Shown here: piece after piece, positions 33,903 to 46,460 of the stretch
How the letters are laid out: each line of letters opens with the position of its first letter
How positions within the stretch are numbered: the first letter of the stretch is position 1
NCBI RefSeq assembly: GCF_009914755.1
Contig: NC_060942.1
Origin: the human T2T-CHM13v2.0 reference genome, Homo sapiens
Reading direction: 5' to 3' (one strand)
Length of the DNA: 64,000 nt
Notes under the pieces: generated by a model
Databases searched by the model: none
The model's input: only the letters and a program-made list of their open reading frames with translations
Told to the model about the DNA's origin: nothing
Translations under genes and position numbers: made by a program

Positions 33903-36479
33903 AGCACTGCAAGGACCCACGCCTAGGTGCCCTCAACTTCCCGTGAGCCCCAGGCCAGAAAAATGCCCCCAGAGAGCATACCTGGGCCCTAAATCTCCCT
34001 TTCCTCTGCCGACACCTTTTCTGACCCTAAGTATGTTTGGGTGGTTGAAACAAGGCCCCAGCTTTGTGTAAACGCACAGGACACCCCCCTAGGGTTTGCA
34101 CGGCAGTCCCAAACCATCGAGCCACGAACTCGTGGCAGCCCCTCTCCTCTGAGCTGCGCAGCAGGCCCGGAAGCTGCCCACTGGGGGTGGGCAGGGCGGA
34201 GGGTGGGGGAAGCCCCACTGCTTTGCAGGAGAGGGCCCTCCCCATTTCGCTCAGAAGGTTCCATGGAAACCTGCGTTTCTTAGGCCCCCACGCTGCAGGC
34301 TGGCCAGGGTTCAGATGTGGGTTGCCAACCCCTCTGTGGTCCCAGAGCCAGCTGGGGGGTGAGTCAGAGAGTGGCCACAGGCCTGGTCTCTGCACACCCA
34401 ACACCTGGTCTGGGGGGGGTCTACCCCAGAGTGAGCTGGGGAAAGCGGGTACCTGGCCAGGCCCCTTGCAGGGCAGAACCTCAGGTGGATAGGCCTCTCA
34501 GGGTCTGGCCGGGTCCCCCCTCTGTGTCCCAGGTGTGCAGGGGCTTCCTGCTGGCAGGGCTGTTTTTCTGGGTCAGGGCCACGAGTCCCGGGCTTTGTGC
34601 CCATCCCAGCCTCCCCCACCCACCCCATCTCCCCCCTCCACCCCACCCGTGGCAGGACTGTCTACCCTCTTTCTCCCTCTTTCACCCTAAGCTCAAGGCC
34701 AGGCCAGAATCCGGCTGGATGACAGGGTGTGAGGCTCCACCCCAGGGAGGTGACAGTCGGCCTTGCTGGCTGCGGCTGTCGGTGACACCCCCTCCCGTGG
34801 GGATGGGGGTGGGGTCGGCCCTCTCCTGGGCCTAAGGCCTTCTGAAGCCCACGGAGATGGCTGGCGGCCTTCCCCACCTCCCAGCCCTGCCTTGCCTTGC
34901 CCTGCCCTGGCTCGAGCGGCCCTTCAAGGGATACAGCCGGTGTTGCCTGGGGACGGGGACTCCCCATCCTTTCGGCCGCCCTAAGGCAGCCTCCCCCGCC
35001 CATGACAGTGACACACTCAGCAACTCGGCCCCTAGCCCCTTACCTGGGTGCTGCTCCAGCTGTGCCCTGGTGGGCTGTGCTACCCCCAGGTCGACTCCTC
35101 CGTGTCCCTGGCACTGCTGCGTCCCCGGCACCGGCAGAAGTTTCCAGGCAGCAGCGTGGATCCTGGCCTGGCTGCTCAGTGTTGCCCCCGATGGCAGCTG
35201 AAGGGGCTGTACTTAAAGGGGCCGCACCCAGTGGGGGCTGCACGGTGGAGCTGGGGATCCTGAGCTGCACTGGTTCCAATTTGGGGCTGTGCAGAGCACA
35301 GGGTCCCTGCAGCACCCCCAAGACACAGACCTCAGTGTCTAAGCAGGAGTCCTGTGGCCCGGAACAGCCTGCCAGTCCCGCCAGTGTCACCCCAACATAC
35401 TTGACTGAGAGGAGGGGCCCAAGCCCTGGCCTGGGCTGCAGAGATTGGTCAGGGGCATCTTGGAATTCGCATCTCCTGTCGGGTGAGGCAGGAGCAGGTG
35501 GGCTACTCTCTGCCCCACTGGCCTCTCCCCAGCCCCTATTGGCTTCAAGGCTGCCAATGCCAAAATCTTGGCGGGTTCCTGGGGCCAGATGGCCCCTGAA
35601 GTCTCTTGTGTCCCCAAGATGCCATCCTCTCTGGGTGAGGCCACTCCTGCATCCGGTGTCCCTGCCAGCCTGGGAAGGCCTGCACGTGACCTACCATACC
35701 TGCCTGGTAATGTCCTCGTCCCACTCTGCCAGCCCCTCCCAAAGGCATTGGGCCTGGGAACGTTCTATCTTGGCAGAGGGGTGGGGAGCCAATGCCCTTG
35801 GCTCTGAAGGGCAGGACCTACCCCATTCTGAGCTGCTCAAAGCAGGGCCCACTGAAACCCCAACATAGCCATCCATGGTGCGATCCTGGCAAGTTCACAT
35901 ACTGTTGACCCATCCCCACACCAGGAGAACCCCTGAACCCGGCCCTGACCTCATGGGCTGTGGGCTAAGGGGCCAGGCTCCTAAGCTTGCTGTGGGCCAC
36001 AGCACCTGCTCAGGGACTGCAGTGATTGCCCCACACCCTGGGGCCACAAAGCTCCCAGGCACAGGAGCCTCCAGCTTGGCCACCTCCTCCCCTTCACTGG
36101 CACACTCTTCCTGCCCGCCCTGCAGGGTTCTCATGGCAACAGTAGCTGTGGGGGTGGAGGCTGGGTGCTGCTGACAGCTGGAGTGGGCAGGGGCCTGAAG
36201 GCAGGGGTGGGGGGGCAGGGCTGCAGGCGGCTGCCTGGGAGCCTTGCAGAGTGGACTTCCACCTCCTGGGGCTGAGGTCCCCAAGTGTGCTGGGTGCAGC
36301 TGCTGAGCCCTGGCACAGGTGGGCTGGGATGTACCCAGGGTGTGGCCAGACTTGGTGGGACGTCCTCACACCACTGCTGGGCAGCCTCCTGCCTCAGAGG
36401 ACTTCCCTGCCAACCCATGGCAGCCTGGGCCGGGGCAGCGGGAGCAGAGGTGCAGGGAGAAGAACAGACATGCAGAGTG

Positions 36480-39450
36480 AAACAGGAGTGCTTTATGGTC
36501 TGAGTGGAGTGTTTGGGAGGAGTGCCTCCCAGATCCTGCCTGTGGGCTCACCTGAGCGGGGGCGCAGCTGAGGCCACTGTGGGAAACACAACCCCCACTC
36601 CCAGGAGAGGCCTCACATGCTGCCTTTGGTCTCTTGCCAGCCTTGCCTAGCATGGGGCCTGGGCCGCCCTTTAGGGTGGGTCTGCATACCGGTGTTCAGG
36701 GCTCCTGGCTGGAAGCGGAGCCATAGGCATGCTGCGGCCCTGGGTGAGCGTGGAGGGCAAGCAGGTGCCGGGGCAGTGTGCACCCCACAGCCAAGCGGCC
36801 CCTGCCCAGCCTCTGTAAACAGACCCTCACGGGTCCCTCCTGGGCCTCAGTCACATCCCTGAGAAACACTGGTGACTGGCGGCTTTGCCCCGAGAGGGCC
36901 AGGGTGTCCACCGAGCCTGGCTGAAGCCAGCTGTCCCCTCATTTCTTGCAGAGCAGGCTCATGCCAGGCCTGGAGGCCCAGCACCTGCAGGGCCCAGCCC
37001 GGGGACCACCAATGCCCAGCCTCTTCCAGCTCAGAAGTGCACACGGCAGCCGCCGGGCAGCGGCAAAGGCAGGCAGAAGTGGCCCTGGGGTGGGGGGCGT
37101 GCCTGTCACTGCCTGGGGAGGCGTTTGCCTCTGCACACCCCCAGGGGTTGTGGGATCTCAAACCAGGCCGGCAAAGCCCAAGTGTGGGGACATTAGATGC
37201 CTCTTCCAGAAGCCTCCTCCCACTGCACCCACCCAGATCAGGCCTGCGGGAGGGACCCTGGCCTCCTGGCTGACCTCTGCGCCGGGAGGACTCATCTTAC
37301 TGCCCTGCACTGTGTGTCTGATGCCTCGCTCTCAAAGTCGGGGTCATCCATGACGAAGGACAGCATTTGTGCAGTGATGGGCCCCTCGGGGTCACTCTCG
37401 GACGAGGAGGCCTGCTCACCCTTCCCTGGCTCAATCTCAGCAGGGGGCCTGGTGCTGCTGCACTTCTCCAGACCTGTGCCAACAGAGGCACCACCTGGTC
37501 AGGGGGGTGCTGCAGCCCTCATGGGAGCTGTCCCCCTCTGTGGCTTCGAAGCTGGTATGGAGGACCTTTGTGGACAAGCACAGGGTCAGTCAGGGTCCTC
37601 CGGAGGTGTCCTGAACTTCCCCACCCCAGTCTCCAGGCCGCACCCATGGGGACACCTGCCCTTACCACTTGGTCTCTGGCTCTGAGCACTGCTGGGGAGC
37701 TGGGGCAGGGCCTTTTGGGGGATCCGCCACTTCTGCTTCCTCCTCACTTGAAAGAGTGATGTCTTGACTGGGGACAGGGCCCGCGGGCGGCGGGGGACTC
37801 CCACGTGGCTGGTCTTTGAGGTCCACATCGTCCTGGAACCCTGCCACCATCGGGTTGCCGCCCAGGGCCTCCCCATCACTGCGAAGCAGGGGGCAAAGCA
37901 GTCAGAGGCCACAGGGTAGGGATGACCGGCCGGGCTCACAGGCCTTGGTTCCAGGCACCCTGGTACCCAGCACACCCTGGCCGTGGGGCCACCACGCCCC
38001 AGGTGCTGTGTTGTAGTGGAGAGGCCCCCTCATGGCCGTCACAGGGCTTCTGAGCAGGAGGGGGTCAGGGGCACAGGGTTGGACACAGTGTTGCCCTGCG
38101 GCCAGTCAGTGGGTGAAGGATGTGGAGCTGTGCAAGTGGGCACTCATGGATGAGGTGGGCCCAGCTCAGGGCCACCGGGCTTTCTATCCTTTGCGTATTT
38201 CTGGAGGAAGCCACCGCCCCACAGCAATGGGTGAGGCTGAGGTGCTGAGGCCACTGCGCGTGGAGCCTGTCCAGTGGAGTCCACGCCTGGGACCAAATGC
38301 AGGGCTTTGCTGCAGGCAAAATTTGGGGCAGCTTGGCAGACAGTGGTGGGAGGGGCTGGCAGATGGCTGGGGAGGCGGCTCTAGCTCCCAGCTCTAGGAC
38401 CTGCAGGACGCCGCCCCTGTCTCTGCAGCACCTGGGCCCTAGCCCTGCAGAGACCATATCTGGTGGCCTGAACCTCCCATATGACCTGGAGTGGCCTCGC
38501 CAATGGCCTCCATGTGGAATCTGCCCACAGAAGACCCCAAGGTGCCCCTGTCCTCTCCAGGGTGTGGGCAGAGCAGGTGGCCAGGCCTTTCTGATGTCTG
38601 GAAGCCCCGTCAAAGCCCTTCCCTCATCTGCTCCAGCCACAGATCTGCTCTGTCCTCAGCCAACAGTGACCAGCCAGCAGGGGGCCCCTTCTGCGCCCCC
38701 AGAAAGCCAGCCCCACTTGCTGCTTGGGCGCCCTGGAGGCTGGGGGCAATGGGAGAGGAGGCCCAGGCCCACCCCTCCCCGAGTCGCTGTCCTGCTGGGC
38801 AGCCTTGGCCCCCACCTTCTTCTCGTCCCTGGCGGGGGTTGTGTCTTCCAGGAAGCTGCGGTCCAGGCGGTCATCGGGAACAAAGTCCTCCACACTCTGG
38901 ACTGTTGCTGGGGCCTCTGCGGCTGGGACTGGCTCTGTGAACAGTGATGCTGGGTCCTCTTCACTCGGCACCAGAACCCTCACTGCACCCAACCCCAAGC
39001 CGGGCCCACCCGGGATGTGCCCATGGGACTGGGACAAGCAGGAAGAAGCGCGGAGCGCTCCGAAATCCAGGGCCCCACCTGTGAAGGCGTGGGGGACTGG
39101 GACCAGTTTGGGAGGGGCAGCTCCAGGGCCTACCTGGAGGTGGAGGGGCTGCCTCGGAGGCAGGTGACGTCCCAAACAGCCTAGAGATGATGCTACGCCG
39201 TGGGGCGGGGGCTGAGGGGCACGCAGGTGGGGGCAGGGCCTCTGAGGGTGGTACAGGGGTCACAGAGGATGGTGGGGCAGCATTGAGGGGCAGCTGTGGG
39301 GCAGGCTGGGGTGTGCCGGGGCTAGAGCTCCCTGTGGACACGGCGCCTGGAGGCACCACTGGTGACTGGGAGCCTGAGGATGGACTCTGCCCCTTGGCCG
39401 CCAGTGGGGACGCATGGCCATGACTGTGAGCCTCCATCATCTCCAGGAAG
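36480..39450 (-). pseudogene. RABL6: RABL6 (C9orf86) partial unprocessed pseudogene; exons 39134-39450, ~38782-38934, 37666-37878, 37301-37565, plus 3' UTR-like remnant
   Basis: FLEMMEA..GHASPLAA...RRSIISRLFGTSPA; VQSVEDFVPDDRLDRSFLEDTTPARDEKKVGAKAAQQDSDS; MVAGFQDDVDL...CSEPETKW; SESDPEGPI.AQMLSFVMDDPDFESE. Introns have ag/gt ends; TGA early in the first exon (39423-25); no GTPase-domain exons. Confidence 0.93.
36492..36497 (-). terminator. Variant poly(A) signal CATAAA at the presumed RABL6 3' end
   Basis: Minus strand ccataaagcactcctgtttcactctgcatgtctgttcttc with GU/U-rich sequence downstream. Confidence 0.4.
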
Positions 39451-40279
39451 CTGGAAGGCAGAAGGCAGGTGAGAAGCCTGGCTCCCCTGCCTCTCCCTGA
39501 GGCCCTCAGGTGACAGGGGGCTCTCTGCTGCTGCTGATGAGACTGTGAAGAGCTGCTGTGTTCTGGGCCACCCACCCCACAGGGGCCATCATCCCCATCC
39601 ACTTCCAAGGGCAGCACCTGTGTTGGCTGTGAACACAGATTTCCAGGAAGCAGAGCATTGCAATCTCTCCCACCACAAACCTGGACCATCAGGGATGTTT
39701 CCATAGCAGCATCTATGCCAGTGAGGAATCTGGATGTGATCTGTGATGCTCTCTCCGCCTTTTCCCTTTCTCTTAGGATGGGACAGCCCAGCCTGGAGCA
39801 GCTAGTGTCCTGTAGTGACTCCAGTTTGCTGCTCTCTTCCTTTCTTTCTTCCTCCTGCCCTCTGCCTCCTCTGCCTCCTCTGCCTCCTTCACCTTCTACA
39901 TTAGTAAACTCAAGTCACCTGCCTGAGCCTGAGAGTCTCATCTAAATCACAGAGTTCCAGTCAATGCCTCCCTTCCTCTTCCCAGGGAGTAACTTCAATC
40001 TTCCCTGCCTGCCGTGGGGAGCTAGACCCTACCCCTTATTCCCTGTGGGACCATCCACAGCCTAAGTTTCCTCACCCCTGTAATGGGACAGCAGTCCTGC
40101 CTGCCCACCTGGCAGTGCTGATTCCAAGCCTGGGGCCCTCCTGGGCAAATCGCCAGTGTGGGTGACATGGTGGGTGTTTGTGTGTGTGGAGGGGTGGGGC
40201 TGCCATCTGGCCATTTACAGACCCCATCCTTCCTCTCTTCCCATGCTTGTCACATGTCAGGAATCCCTCTCCGTTGTGC

Positions 40280-40440
40280 CATGAGGCATTTTCAGATCCA
40301 TCATCTTATTGAGCCTCACATCTCCTTGGTGAAGTTGGAGTTATTGTCACTATTTTACTGATGAGTAAACTGAGGCTCAGAAAGGGGAAAGTCATTGCCC
40401 AAGGTTCCACTGTGGATTTATAGCAGAGCTGGGATAAGGA
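40280..40440. mobile_element. MIR
   Basis: attttactgatgagtaaactgaggctcagaaagggg...ttgcccaaggttccac...gcagagctggga. Confidence 0.85.
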
Positions 40441-40779
40441 TGCGTGTTCTATATACCCACTGGGGTGCTGGCCCATCTGCAGCCAAGGCCTGTCTTCCTG
40501 ATTCCACGAGGACCCCTTCCCATTCCTTTCCTTCCCATGACAGCCACTGTCACCACCACCCAGGGTCTGTGCTCACTGTCACACCACCCTTCACTGACCC
40601 CTACAGCTGGGCTGGAACCCACCATGTCCATAAGATTGATTTACATAAATGGTGGTTGGGCTTCAAATCCACTGTCCCCAGACTGACACAAATTGCACCC
40701 CAGAACCAGACTGATGAAGCCACCATCACTCGGAACATTGCTGCACACCGAGGCTGAAGGAAATCACAAGCAGGGACTC

Positions 40780-41900
40780 ACATGCAGCTTTCTAAGCACA
40801 GCCCCAAACCCAGAAGTCATCCATGGCTGATAAATTTGACTCCATGAAAATTAAAACTTTCTATAAAAAAACCCACAAAGTCAAAGATCTGTCAACAAAC
40901 TCAAAAAAGTTCTGCAACATACATAAGAGATGACAGGCTAATGTTCGCACTGTATGTTAAAACCTACTGCAAATCACCCAACAGAAAGCCCACAGCCAGA
41001 CTGGAAAAATGAAGAGACAGTTCAAAGACAAACAAATGCAGATAATTTCTTAATGTAAGACAAGATTAAAATGTTTGTCAACTTTGTGTGTGGCCCTGGG
41101 TGTGGCCATGAATGGGTAGTCACTAGTGGTATTCAGATATTCCCTTTTTTCTCCTCTTGGCACTTGGTGCAACTGCGTCTTCCCACCTGTGAAATTATGT
41201 ACAGTCCTGCATCTTGCTTTGGAGGAGAAAGTGTGAGCAGAAGTGGGGGAAGCCGCCTGTGAGTCCTGGTTGCTTCATCAGTCTGGTTCTGGGGTAAGGA
41301 CAATCATGTAGTGAAACGAAGTCTTCAGGGGACATGTTGTGTTTGAGAGAAATAAACCTCTGTCATGTTGAGTTTTGGGGTGTGTATGTGGTAGAAGCAG
41401 AACCTAGCCTATTCTGACAGATTCCTCCAGCATTGCTGGTGGGTTGACAGTATTAACATAAAACATTTGTGTGCCTTTTATCTCAAAATTCCACTTTTAG
41501 GAATTTATGAAACAGACACACTCACATTTGCAGAGAGCATGGATAAAGAGAGTCATTACAACTTTGACTGCAATAGCAAAGGACAGAGAACAGCCTACAC
41601 ACCAATCAATAGGAAATTAGTTAAGAACATTGTGGAACATCTATAGAATGAAATGATCTGAACCCAGAAAAATAAAGAGAGTAGACGTTTGTGCACCGAT
41701 GTGGTGTTTATCCCAAGATTAGGGCTGGGTTAGGATGTTAGAGATCCCAGGAGCTAAAAAGATTAAGGTACCCTTTTAAATTATATATAATTTAAAAAAA
41801 CATAGGTACTTCATTAATTTTTAAAAATGGGTTTAAAAGTACATTTAAAATATTTTTATTAAAGTAGATTATCTCTGAAAAGATATGCAATAAATGGATA
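40780..41900 (+). mobile_element. Old L1ME-type fragments interrupted by an MLT1-like LTR (~41100-41420)
   Basis: aaaattaaaactttcta, aaaattccacttttaggaattta; MaLR-like gagagaaataaacctctgtcatgtt...aacctagcctattctgac. Confidence 0.55.
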
Positions 41901-41904
41901 TATT

Positions 41905-42365
41905 GGAATTCTAAGGCTGCTGTAACAAATTACTACACATGTGGTGGTTTCAAATAAGAAAAATTTATTCTCTTGCCATTCTGGAAGCAGGACTTCTGAA
42001 ATCTAGGGTCCGCAGGTTGTACTCTTGCCATGGCTCTAGAGGAGAAACCTTCCTTTCCTTTTCCAGCTTCTGTTGGCTCCTGGCACTCCTTAGCTTGTGT
42101 CAGCACAACTGCAATCTGTGCTTCCATCATTATGTGGCTTTCTTCCCTAGGACTCTCAGTGTCTTAAATCGCTCTCTTTCTTAAACCTTTCTCTTAAAAT
42201 ACCAGTCATTGGATGCAGGGCCCTCCCTAAACCCAGCATAATCTCATCATGAGATCCTTAGGTTAATTACATCTATAAAGTCTGATTTCCAAATAAGGAA
42301 ACATTCACAGGTACCAGGGGTTAGGATTGAACACATGTATTTGGGGGACACATTCAACCCACTAT
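41905..42365 (-). mobile_element. MLT1A-C-type MaLR LTR
   Basis: ggctgctgtaacaaattac...aatttattctcttgccattctggaagc...taattacatct...ttgggggacacattcaacccac. Confidence 0.88.
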
Positions 42366-42477
42366 CATGGATAACAGTGGTTTCCACTGGGAAGGTGGCA
42401 GTTCGGGAGTGGAAGAAAGATGAATTTTTCACTGTGTATTCTTTTGAACAACTCATGTTTTAAAAGACATTTTCCTT

Positions 42478-43385
42478 ATTTGCAAACTACGCACCCAACA
42501 AAGGTCTAATATTCAGAATGTATAAGAAACTTAAATAATACTATAAGCAAAAAACAACCCCATTAAAAAGTGGGCAAAACACATGAACAGACCCTTCTCA
42601 AAAGAAAGAAATACAAGTGGCCAAGAAACATATGAAAAAATACTCAACATCACTAACCAGAGAAATGCAAATAAAAAGCACAATGAGATACCATCTCACA
42701 CCAGTCAGCAAAGCTATTACTAAAAAGTCAAAAAGCAACAGATGCAGGCAAGGCTGCAGAGAAAAGGGAACACTTATGCACTGTTGATGGGAATGTAAAT
42801 TAGTTCAGCCACTCTGCAAAGCAATCTGGAGATTTCTCAAAGGACTTAGAACAGATTTACAACTTCACCCAGCTATCCCATTACTGGGATTTGTCCATCA
42901 AAAAGACACATGCATTCATATATTTATTGCAGCACTATTCACAATAGCAAAGCTGTGGAATCAACCTAGGTGCCCATCATTGGTAAACTGGATAAAGAAA
43001 ATATGGTACATATACACCATGGACTACTACACAGCCATAAATATGGAAATCATGCCCTTTCCATGGATACAGCTGGAGGCCATTATCCTAAGTGAATTAA
43101 TGCAGGATCAGAAAATCAAATACCACATGTTTTCAGGTATAAATGGGAGCTAAACACTGGCTACACGTGGATATAAAGAAGGGACCAATAGACACTGGGA
43201 ACTACTTGATGGGGGAGGAAGAGAAGGAGGCAGGGGTGGAAAAACTGCCTATTGGGTACTATGCTCAGTACCTTGGTGACAGGATCAATCATACCCCAAA
43301 CCTCAGCGTCACACAATATACCAAGGTAACAAACCAGCACATGTGTCCCCTAAATCTAAAATAAAAGTTCAAATTATTAAAACAA
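42478..43385 (+). mobile_element. L1PB/old L1PA 3' end
   Basis: tttgcaaactacgcacccaacaaaggtctaata...ccccaaacctcagcgtcacacaatata...aatctaaaataaaagtt. Confidence 0.92.
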
Positions 43386-43440
43386 TTTAAAATAATACAT
43401 ACATTTTTTTCCTGTAAAAATGTTTTTAATCAAACACAAA

Positions 43441-43683
43441 CCTGTCTCAGCCTCCCAAGCAGCTGGGATTACAGGGGCGCACCACCACTCCCGGCTAATA
43501 TTTGTATTTTTAGTAGAGATGGGGTTTCGCCATAGCGGGTCTCGAACTCCTGACCTCAGGTGATCTGCCCGCCTCAGCCTCCCGAAATGCTGGGATTACT
43601 GGTGTGAGCCACCATGCCTGGCCTTATTTTACCTTTTATATTATATTTTTACTGTACCTTTTCTATGTTTAGATACACAAGTA
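43441..43683 (+). repeat. ~240-bp direct copy of 26695-26945 (partial Alu plus Tigger3-like flank)
   Basis: Shared variants cccaagcagctggg and gaaatgctgggattactggtg, and shared non-Alu flank ttattttaccttttatattatatttttactgt...tgtttagatacacaagta. Confidence 0.93.
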
Positions 43684-43685
43684 AA

Positions 43686-43727
43686 GCAAAAAGCCGCGGC
43701 GGCGGGGAGCAAAAAGCCGCAAAAGGC

Positions 43728-43759
<32 letters not shown>

Positions 43760-43789
43760 AAAAAGCCGCGGCGGCGGGGGCAAAAAGCC
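43686..43789. repeat. GC-rich GCAAAAAGCCGCGGCGG repeat with (CGG)10
   Basis: Four gcaaaaagcc units; ten consecutive cgg at 43729-43758. Confidence 0.95.
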
Positions 43790-43790
43790 A

Positions 43791-45162
43791 GGGCTGGGAA
43801 AATTTGATATCCATACGTCAAAGAATGACACTAGACCTCTAACTTTCACCATGTATGAAAATCAACTCAAAATATGTGAAATATTTAAATGTAAAACCTG
43901 AAACTATTAAACTACAAGAAAACTGGGGAAATGCTTCAGGACGTTGGGCTGAGGAAAGATTTTAAAAATAATACCTCAAAAGCACAGGTTGCAAAAGCAA
44001 AAATAGACAAGATTAAATCAAACTAAAAAGCTTTCACACAGCAAAGGAAACTATTAACAGAGTGAATATACAAACTACAGAATTGGATAATATATTTGTA
44101 AACTACACATCTGACAAGTGATTAATATCCAGACTATATAAGGAATTGACTCAACGGAAAAAAATAAACCAATTAAAAATAAGCAATAGATTTTAATAGC
44201 CATTATCAAATGAAGATTATAAATAGCCAGCAGGTATATTTAATAATGTTCAATATCTCTAGTCATCAGAGAAATACAAATCAAAACCACAATGAGTTAC
44301 CACCTTATTCTCTTTAGAATGGCTATTACCAAAAAGACAAAATAAAACAAGTGTTGGTAAGAATAAGGAGAAAAGGGAATATTTACATACTACTGGTGGG
44401 ATTCTAAACCAGCACAACCATTTTGGAAATATGAAGGTTCCTCAAAAAATTAAAAGCAATTCTACCATGGGTATATATCTAGAGGAAGTAAAATAAGTAT
44501 GTTGAATAGATATCTGCAGTCACATGTTTACTGCAGCACAATTTAGAATAGCAAAGATAAAAATCAACCTAAGTGACCAACAATTAATGAATTCATAAAA
44601 AATAAACGTATTGTGTGTATACACACACAAAAACACACACAGTCAAACACACACACATATAATGGAATATTATTCAGTTATAAAAAAGAAGGAAATCCTG
44701 TCTTTGTGACAAATAGATGAACTTGGAACTTGGAGAAATGTCTGTTAAATGAAATCAGCCAGGAACAGAAAGACAAATCCTGCATGATTTCACGACGTGG
44801 AATCTAAATATGTATCATAGAAGTAGAGAGTAGAACAGTGATTACCAGATACTGGAGAGGGGAGTGGAGATGTAAGGATGGGGAGACGTTGGTCAGTGGG
44901 AACAGAGTTACAATTAGATAGAAAGAATAATTTCTCATAATCTTTTGCACAGTAGGGTAACTATGGTTAACAGTAAAATATTGTTTATTACAAAATAGTT
45001 AGAAGAGGGGTTTTTAAATGTTTTTACCACAAAGAAATGATGCATGCGTGAGGTGATGGATACAGTAACTACTCTAATTAGATTATTATACAACATAGAT
45101 ATGCGTCAAAATTTAAAACTGTACTTCATACATAAGTGCATATACAATGTGTCAATTAAAAA
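43791..45162 (+). mobile_element. L1MA 3' portion
   Basis: gctgggaaaatttgatatccat...aaatgtaaaacctgaaacta...accacaaagaaatgatgcatgcgtgaggtgatggata...gtcaattaaaa. Confidence 0.92.
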
Positions 45163-45361
<199 letters not shown>

Positions 45362-45419
45362 TTAATTAATAAATTTTGTTTAAAAGTTTGCTCTCAGGCT
45401 GAAAAAAAAAGAGAAATTC

Positions 45420-45853
45420 ACATCTAGAATATGTACCAAACTTTGAAATTAGTAAGACAAAGACATCAAAGTAAAAAAATTGTCAAAAAGAATTTATCAG
45501 AAACCTCACAAAAAAAGAATATTCAGTTGGCTAATCAACATATGAAAGTACGTTCTACTCTGTGAGATATCCTGAGAATACAAATTTAAACCACAATTAG
45601 ATATCTCCGTGCTTTTGCTAGAATGACTAACTCATTTTTCAAAAGATAAATAATAACAAAACTGATGACGATCTGGAGCAACTTGAACTCTCATACAATG
45701 TTGACGGGAATGTAAATTGATATTATTACATTGGAAAATTCTTTGGTAATATATGTTTATCAATAGATGCATATACTCTGCCCTAGCAGTTCTACTCTTA
45801 GATTCTCTATATACCTAAGGGAAATGAATTACATATTTACCAATACACACATT

Positions 45854-45888
<35 letters not shown>

Positions 45889-46260
45889 GTGAATGTTAAC
45901 AGAATACTATTTGTAATAGCCACAAACTGGAATCAACCTAGTAGAAGTAAAATGTACTGATGATTTAATATCGTAGATTATTAAGAATCATATCACAGAT
46001 TATTAATAAATCATGTAAATCCAGTAAAAAAAAGGAAGGTCTACTGATACATACAACACTTTGGACAAAAACATTATGCTAAGTGAGAGAAGCCAGACAC
46101 AAAAGTCATGTATTATATCAAGCTTGTGCAAACCATAGCACATAGGCCACATGTGGCCCAGGTGATTTACATGGAATCCATTTTTCTTCATAGCATCTCG
46201 ATAAATTCATCTTATCAACTGTCTTAAATATACAACACTAAACTAAATCTACAAAAGTTA
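45420..46260 (+). mobile_element. L1ME-type fragment with (CA)n
   Basis: gagcaacttgaactctcatacaatgttgacgggaatgtaaattg; ctaagtgagagaagccagacacaaaag. Confidence 0.7.
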
Positions 46261-46284
46261 AATAATGTACCACAAATTACACAA

Positions 46285-46460
46285 TTAGGACTGATTCATA
46301 AGTGTGAAACCTGTGTGGTCTCATGGGGCTTCATGCTGAAAAGGGCTCCACAAATGGTTACTGCTTTGCTGTTGTCATCGTGAAATTTTTAACACTATTT
46401 CAACAAGGGGCATTGCATGTTCATTTTGCACTGTGTCTCACAAATTATGCAGCCAGTTTC
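46285..46460. mobile_element. MER91-like hAT-Tip100 element
   Basis: caaggggcattgcatgttcattttgcactgtgtctcacaaattatgcagccagt resembles the recalled MER91A end. Confidence 0.55.

Noticed and set aside
39820-39900. Purine-rich minus-strand stretch as the RABL6 Lys/Glu-rich tail
   Set aside because: It lies upstream of the retained exons, is a simple (ctctgcctc)n repeat, and does not match the recalled C-terminus.
43614-43901. Poly-Ala ORFs on both strands
   Set aside because: Chimeric reading through Alu, Tigger flank, CGG repeat and L1.
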